50,552 nt of DNA from Polyangiales bacterium (lineage in GTDB: Bacteria > Myxococcota_A > Polyangia > Polyangiales > Houyiibacteriaceae): positions 1 through 50,552 of the forward strand of contig JBGCFM010000096.1 in NCBI GenBank assembly GCA_045106895.1. Reading direction: 5' to 3'. The position numbers and the translations under genes are program-made. Shown piece after piece: positions 45,210-50,552 of the stretch (position 1 is its first letter; each line of letters begins with the position of its first letter). A model generated the notes under the pieces. It made no database searches, was not told the origin of the DNA, and saw only the letters and a program-made list of their open reading frames with translations.

Positions 45210-46242
45210 AGCGTTTGAGCACTTCTCGGTCGGGGTCCCAGTCGGCGCCGAGGGTTCCGTCGGCGTGAAACACGAGCTTCTGGACCACGTCCGAAGCGTG
45301 CTCTTTCTTCATCTGAATGTAGTCCGCCACCTCGAAGGTCACGCGCATGTCCTCGAAGGCGCAGGCGACGTTCCAATAGTAGTAGCCATCGACGACGTGA
45401 TGGAGCTCAAGTTCCTGATGAACGCCTTCGAAGAGACCTTCGATGCCCACGCGACGTTCTTCCACCAGACGCAAGGTACGGTTGGCGCGGTAGGTATCGC
45501 CCAGCCGCGAGAGCTCCCGAAAGACCACGTCTTTGACGCCAAGGTTCGCGGCCCAGCGGAGATACGACATCAGCGTTCGAGCGTCGTCGACGCCTCCGTG
45601 CTGCACAACACAGACGAGGCGCACGTGAGCAAAGGCGTGGGCGTCGCGAACAACCTCCTCGAACGCAGCCTGCTTGGCAACGGAGACCTCAGGGCGAAAG
45701 CGCATGATGGCGTCGTTGCGCGATTGTAGGTTGGAGTGGCGGGACAGCTCCACGCGAGTCACCTCGGCGAGGCGAGGGACCAGTCGCGCGCCGGTGGTGC
45801 TGCGCGCGAGACCGGCACCGTTGGAGTAGAGGACGACGTCACGGATGCAGCCCCCGCTCTGTCGATGAGCGACGATGGAGTCCATGATGCCCTCGAAGAA
45901 GTCTGCGTCGTCGGTCTGCTCAAGCCCCGACAGGGACAAGCCCATCGGCAAGATGCGGAGGTCATGGAGGGCGCATTGAAGCTGGTGAAAGTAACGCGGA
46001 CCCGGCCTGAGGGACGCGCTCATACGCTTCTGCTGGCGATGCTGAAGGGTCTCCGAGCAGAAAATGCAGCGTCCTGAGCACGGACGTACGGACGCGAAGG
46101 GGGTGAAGGTGAGCGCCGGCGAAAAAGGCCGAGCAAACCCCTCAACGTGAACCGGCGCTTTGTCCGCCATCGGCACCTGCACCGGCAACCCCTGCAACGA
46201 AGGGAGAGCAACACGTTCGAGGAAGCCGGTTCTTGCGTTCAT
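45202..46242 (-). CDS. Radical SAM protein of unknown function
   Basis: CxxxCxxC (CSGRCIFC), LSLSGLE (GGE-like), LYSNG, ELSRH; C-terminal KLVFHADGTLGADWDP. Confidence 0.85.
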   Translation of the reverse strand: MNARTGFLERVALPSLQGLPVQVPMADKAPVHVEGFARPFSPALTFTPFASVRPCSGRCIFCSETLQHRQQKRMSASLRPGPRYFHQLQCALHDLRILPMGLSLSGLEQTDDADFFEGIMDSIVAHRQSGGCIRDVVLYSNGAGLARSTTGARLVPRLAEVTRVELSRHSNLQSRNDAIMRFRPEVSVAKQAAFEEVVRDAHAFAHVRLVCVVQHGGVDDARTLMSYLRWAANLGVKDVVFRELSRLGDTYRANRTLRLVEERRVGIEGLFEGVHQELELHHVVDGYYYWNVACAFEDMRVTFEVADYIQMKKEHASDVVQKLVFHADGTLGADWDPDREVLKRYA

Positions 46243-46250
46243 TTGCTTAG

Positions 46251-46279
46251 TGTATAACACACACTTATTGGCTCGTCAC
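46251..46279 (-). promoter_or_regulatory. Putative sigma70-type promoter for the radical SAM operon
   Basis: Minus strand GTGACG-N17-TATACA with a TG extension, 8 nt upstream of ATG 46242. It overlaps the inverted repeat GTGT-ATA-ACAC. Confidence 0.45.
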
Positions 46280-46311
46280 TTCTAGACGAAGGAGCGAAAG
46301 CAACTCAGACA

Positions 46312-46908
46312 TCAGGCACCGTCGGCCCAAGTCATTTCGAAAGTGTGGTGCTCAGGCGATGATTCGAGGATCTTGTGGCTGACGCCGATCGCCCCGCCCA
46401 GATGCAGTGCGTATTCGAGCGCTGTGATGATGCCGTTAACGCTCGTTGGAGTCATGAGGTTGCGCGGAAAGTCCATTCGAGCGACGTGGGAATCGGTCGC
46501 CGACTCAACGACGCTGAGGCTTGTTCCACGACGAAAGCGGCTCCACGTGGAGCTGGCTAATCGAGCGACCCTCGAATGACTCATCGAACGAAAGAGGATG
46601 GAGTAGAGGCGACTGGAGAGGATCTCTTTGTTGATCTCACGCGCATAGTCCACGAAGTCTTCGTCCTTCGGGAAACGGTGCTGCCGAAGGCTCTCGATCA
46701 TGAACTGAAAGTGAACTTCCGGCAGCCATGTCGACGAGGGCGGAGGTATTGCTACCAGGCTCTGCAGGGTCGGGTCCTCGAACTGTTCCATCAAAAGGGC
46801 TCGATGCGACTGAGCGAACCTATTGAAGACGGACGCTTTGCATTTGGCTTCTGGGTAAGAATCCAGCCCGTTCGGGAGCGCCGCAAGATAGTCCTCTGCG
46901 CAATTCAC
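46312..46908 (-). CDS. Myxobacterial DUF2378-like hypothetical protein
   Basis: YLAALPNGLDSYP, W.PEVH, W..FRRGT; about 200 aa with a V4R-like ending (FEMTW). Confidence 0.6.
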   Translation of the reverse strand: MNCAEDYLAALPNGLDSYPEAKCKASVFNRFAQSHRALLMEQFEDPTLQSLVAIPPPSSTWLPEVHFQFMIESLRQHRFPKDEDFVDYAREINKEILSSRLYSILFRSMSHSRVARLASSTWSRFRRGTSLSVVESATDSHVARMDFPRNLMTPTSVNGIITALEYALHLGGAIGVSHKILESSPEHHTFEMTWADGA

Positions 46909-46991
46909 GAAATTGGATTCTACACGGAGTCAATCACTCAGTCGACAGGTGGGGCAGCCATAAACGAATAGCGATTTTGGGGCATGCGTAC

Positions 46992-48371
46992 TCAACACAT
47001 CGGGTTGAAAGCCAAGAAGAGGGAGCTCAGCCCAAACCCCGCGGGCAGCTCCGTGCAGACGTTCTGCCGCGGGTCTTCGCACATGAAGAGCGCGTCGTTC
47101 GTTTGGACCCAAAGCCGCCCATTCTGGAAGCGCACAAGACGCTGCCCTTCGCCGCTCTCTTTCCAAAGCGTCGCGCCTGTCTCGAGGTCGACGGTCTCAA
47201 TGAGGAAGCGGTCGGGGTAGCCGCAATCACCCGTGCTCGAAGAGAGCAGCAAGGCGACGCCGGAATCGGCGATGAGGTGCTTTCCAAACATGCGGCGGTG
47301 GGCGGAGTCGAGGTCGATGGAGCGCTCGCCGACGCGCAGCTTCCCTCGCCTTAGCGTTAGCTCCGCCGGGACATCCACGGTCCGCCAGTGGCTCATGCCG
47401 AACTCGATGCGGGCGCTATGCATCGGTGGATTCGGCATCACTCTTCGTGTGGCAAGGTTCAGCGTACGGTGCGGTAGAAAGTCGTGGCGCGGGTCAAAAC
47501 GAACGTAGGTCTGTCCTTCGTGGACGCCGATGAACACGCCGTAGTATTCGTCTTGGCTCTCGTCGAAACGCTCGTCGCTGCGAACCACACCATCGAAGAG
47601 ACTCCGCTCGACGACTCTCAGCGGCGGAAGAAAGTCCCCCTCGGCATTCGAGCTGATGGTCTGAACCTGGACGACTCGGTCCTCCGCGATGAACGAAGGA
47701 AACATCGGCGTCGACTCATAGCCCGAACGTCGACTTTGTTGCCTCGGACCTGCGGGGACAAAGCGCTGGTCCGTCCAAAAGCCAGGCTGTGACCAGAGCA
47801 GCAGCGTCTCGGGGTCTCCTTCTGCGGGCAAACCATCGCCGAAACCCGTCTGGCCAAAGGCGAGGATCGGCACGGCGCCAGCGCTCGCGTCTCGGTAGCG
47901 CTCCACCATGTCGGAGCCGAGGGCCGCGAGATCTGCCCGAAGAGGTTCGAGGTCTTCATCGCCAAGAGCACGTGGAAGGTTCGTCGGGAGGTCCTCGCAG
48001 AAGAGCTGCGCCAAGGTCGCCTTGGCTTCTTCGAGCTGGCCTAGTTTCGTCTGGGCGCAGGCGAGGTTGAAGCGCGCCGAGCCGTATGCCGGCGCCTCGG
48101 CGGCGAGGGCGGCAAAAGCGCTGGCAGCCTCCGCGAACTCACCGCGTCGATGCATCGCGAGGGCCGCCCGGCTCGAGCGAAGGTTTGCGCGAGTCGGAGA
48201 AAACGGCGTCGCGTAGCCAAGCTCGCACGGCAGTTCGGGAATCGGTTCGGCGATGGGCTCCGCCATGACTTCCGGGGCCGGCTCCGTCGTCGGCGTCGCG
48301 GGCTCTGTCTCGTCTGAGGAGGATCCACACGCGAAGGCGAAGACCAAAAGCAGACGAAGCGGAAAACGCAT
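46992..48371 (-). CDS. TPR-containing lipoprotein
   Basis: FAFAC lipobox; ARFNLACAQTKLGQLEEA TPR; beta-rich C-terminus. Confidence 0.75.
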   Translation of the reverse strand: MRFPLRLLLVFAFACGSSSDETEPATPTTEPAPEVMAEPIAEPIPELPCELGYATPFSPTRANLRSSRAALAMHRRGEFAEAASAFAALAAEAPAYGSARFNLACAQTKLGQLEEAKATLAQLFCEDLPTNLPRALGDEDLEPLRADLAALGSDMVERYRDASAGAVPILAFGQTGFGDGLPAEGDPETLLLWSQPGFWTDQRFVPAGPRQQSRRSGYESTPMFPSFIAEDRVVQVQTISSNAEGDFLPPLRVVERSLFDGVVRSDERFDESQDEYYGVFIGVHEGQTYVRFDPRHDFLPHRTLNLATRRVMPNPPMHSARIEFGMSHWRTVDVPAELTLRRGKLRVGERSIDLDSAHRRMFGKHLIADSGVALLLSSSTGDCGYPDRFLIETVDLETGATLWKESGEGQRLVRFQNGRLWVQTNDALFMCEDPRQNVCTELPAGFGLSSLFLAFNPMC

Positions 48372-48462
48372 GTGTGGAGAGGCTATCAGCTTTGCGTCTT
48401 GTGCTGCCCTCGGGAAAACTTGGGCCCTACGCAAACTTGGGTAGGCCTGCTAAGAACGCGGC

Positions 48463-50552
48463 GTGATCGAAGAGAAACGCGGCGAGTTCTACCTTGGAAA
48501 AAAGTACGACGGAGAGGTTCTCGATGAGCCCATTCGTTACGATGCAAAAGACCTGACGACGCACGGCGTGTGCGTGGGGATGACGGGCAGCGGCAAGACG
48601 GGCCTGTGTCTTTCGCTCCTCGAAGAGGCCGCCCTCGATGGAGTGCCGGCCATCTGCATCGACCCGAAGGGCGACCTCGGAAACCTGCTGCTCACCTTCC
48701 CGGACCTGCTCCCGGCGGACTTCGAGCCTTGGATCGACCCCTCGGATGCGGAGCGCAAAGGGCAGACCATTGCCGAACGCTCCGTGAGTGTCGCGGAGAT
48801 GTGGAAGAGCGGCCTCGCGGACTGGGGCCAGGACGGCGCACGCATCCAGCGCTTTCGCGACGCCGTGGACCTCAGCATCTACACGCCGGGCTCCAGCGCT
48901 GGGCTGCCCATCTCGGTGCTCAAAGGACTCAGCGCACCGAAAGGAGACCTCGACGCCGAAGGTCTTCGCGAACGCGTTCTCGCCACCGTGAGCGGCGTCC
49001 TCGCCCTCGTCGGCATCGCCGCCGATCCCGTTCAGAGCCGCGAACACGTGTTCCTCTCGAACATCGTTCATCGCGCGTGGCAGGCGGGCGAAGACCTCGC
49101 CATCGGCGAGCTGATCCGCTCCATTCTCGAGCCCCCCTTCAACCAAATCGGGGTCCTCGACGTCGAGAGTTTCTTCCCGTCCAAAGACCGCCAGAGCTTG
49201 GCGATGAAGCTCAACAGCCTGCTGGCGAGTCCCAGCTTTGCGGGCTGGCTCGAAGGTGAGCCCCTCGATATCCAGAAGCTTCTGTACACCGATGAAGGCA
49301 AGCCGCGTGTGAGCATTCTGAGCATCGCGCACCTTAGCGAAGCGGAGCGGATGTTCTTCGTCACGCTGCTCCTCGGCGAAGTCGTGGCGTGGATGCGCTC
49401 CCAGGCAGGCACCTCGGGACTCAAGGCGCTGATCTACATGGACGAGGTCGTGGGCTTCCTGCCGCCGGTGGCTGAGCCTCCGTCAAAGAAGCCGCTGATG
49501 ACGCTCCTCAAGCAAGCGCGTGCCTTTGGCGTGGGCTGTCTCTTGGCCACGCAAAACCCGGTGGACGTAGACTACAAGGCGCTCAGCAACTGCGGGACTT
49601 GGTTCCTCGGGCGACTGCAAACGGAGCGTGACGTGGACCGCGTCATCGATGGTCTTCAAGGAGCCGCCCAGGTCGCCGGGTCCACGTTTGATCCGCAGAC
49701 AGCACGCGCCACCCTCGCCGGGCTCAAGAGCCGCGTGTTCTTGATGAACAATGTGCACGAAGGAGGACCTCAGCTCTTTCACACACGCTGGGCATTGTCC
49801 TACCTGCGCGGCCCGCTCACCCGTCAGCAGATCGGCGTGCTCATGGCGGACAAGCGCGCCAACGCAGCCAAACCGGCGGAGCCCAAAGCGCAAGCTGCTC
49901 CAGCGAGGAGCGCAAGCGCGTCGGACACCATCGTCAGCGGACCGCCGGTGATGACCGGCGCGCTGCCCGTCGCCGCTGCGGCTGCGGCTGCGGCTGCTGA
50001 ACCCGAAGCGCCGGCGGCCGCCGTGAACCTTCGCCCCATCGTGCCTGATGAAGTCGAAGAGGTCTTCCTCGACGCTGGCCCAGAGCTCGTTCCGGCGCTC
50101 CTGGCGTGGACGGATCTTCACTACACGAAAGCGCCCGCGGGCCTGGACCATTGGTTTCACCCGGCGATGCTCGCCGAGCTCCGCGACTGCTCTCCAGGAG
50201 AAATCTGGAAGGGGTGCACGACGATTTCGGCGGACACGCCGCTGCTTCCAGAGAGTGAAGGGGCGACCTACGGCGAGATTCCGCGTGGCTCCCTCGGTAA
50301 GCAACGGATTCGCTCGATCAAAGCGGCACTCAAAGGTCACTGCTACGCCGAGCACCCGGTGATCATCGGCTACTGCCGGCCCCTCAAGTTCTGGTCTCGC
50401 ATCGACGAAGACCGCCAGGAGTTTGGGGTTCGTCTCGCGGAGGCGGCGAACGAGGTGAAGCAAGCCAAGGTGGACAAGGTTCACGAAACCCACTCCAAGC
50501 GCATCGCCAAGGTCGAAGAGAAAATCGAGAAGGCGAAGGTCAAAGTCGCCAC
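48463..50552 (+). CDS. HerA/FtsK-superfamily (DUF87-like) ATPase, partial (runs off window)
   Basis: Own translation from GTG 48463: FYLGK...DLTTHGVCVGMTGSGKTGL (Walker A), IDPKGD, LIYMDEVVG (Walker B), KQARAFGVG..LATQNP. It is absent from the ORF track because there is no stop. Confidence 0.88.
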   Translation, partial: MIEEKRGEFYLGKKYDGEVLDEPIRYDAKDLTTHGVCVGMTGSGKTGLCLSLLEEAALDGVPAICIDPKGDLGNLLLTFPDLLPADFEPWIDPSDAERKGQTIAERSVSVAEMWKSGLADWGQDGARIQRFRDAVDLSIYTPGSSAGLPISVLKGLSAPKGDLDAEGLRERVLATVSGVLALVGIAADPVQSREHVFLSNIVHRAWQAGEDLAIGELIRSILEPPFNQIGVLDVESFFPSKDRQSLAMKLNSLLASPSFAGWLEGEPLDIQKLLYTDEGKPRVSILSIAHLSEAERMFFVTLLLGEVVAWMRSQAGTSGLKALIYMDEVVGFLPPVAEPPSKKPLMTLLKQARAFGVGCLLATQNPVDVDYKALSNCGTWFLGRLQTERDVDRVIDGLQGAAQVAGSTFDPQTARATLAGLKSRVFLMNNVHEGGPQLFHTRWALSYLRGPLTRQQIGVLMADKRANAAKPAEPKAQAAPARSASASDTIVSGPPVMTGALPVAAAAAAAAAEPEAPAAAVNLRPIVPDEVEEVFLDAGPELVPALLAWTDLHYTKAPAGLDHWFHPAMLAELRDCSPGEIWKGCTTISADTPLLPESEGATYGEIPRGSLGKQRIRSIKAALKGHCYAEHPVIIGYCRPLKFWSRIDEDRQEFGVRLAEAANEVKQAKVDKVHETHSKRIAKVEEKIEKAKVKVA

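Noticed and set aside
48427..50493. Minus-strand ORFs of 301 and 336 aa
   Set aside because: Shadows of the plus-strand HerA-like ATPase.

Overview
GC-rich bacterial chromosomal window that looks myxobacterial (Myxococcota, Polyangiales/Sandaracinus-like). This is inferred from the gene types: TonB-fused TonB-dependent receptor, Ser/Thr kinases with FHA/PEGA/TPR partners, many Cys-rich lipoproteins, TIGR02147- and DUF2378-like genes, and mevalonate-pathway genes. In order it contains: an exbB-exbD-tonB-ECF sigma-anti-sigma-TBDR cluster; a YeeE/YedE pair; repeat and LRR proteins; purU; a ClpB-like chaperone; CAP and esterase genes; a TIGR02147 module; lower mevalonate/isoprenoid genes (pmk, mvaD, mvk, polyprenyl synthase, fni); astB; a kinase/Cys-rich surface module; aspS; an accessory stretch (kinase-AAA, FHA, rearranged gene fragments, radical SAM + nucleotidyltransferase); and a partial HerA-like ATPase. 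No rRNA, tRNA or CRISPR array was seen. Five observations stand out. (1) A promoter-like motif, TTGAACG-N14-GGG(A/C)AC-N8-(A/G)TG, occurs three times with identical spacing in the TonB/ECF cluster, suggesting an autoregulated ECF regulon of leaderless mRNAs. (2) A coupled radical SAM-nucleotidyltransferase operon has its own promoter and no known function. (3) The ClpB-like protein has a degenerate first ATPase site. (4) Four GTATAC palindromes sit upstream of the TIGR02147 HTH gene. (5) An apparent inversion/deletion scar lies at about 42.4-43.4 kb. All family assignments come from motif recognition by eye, not from database searches.
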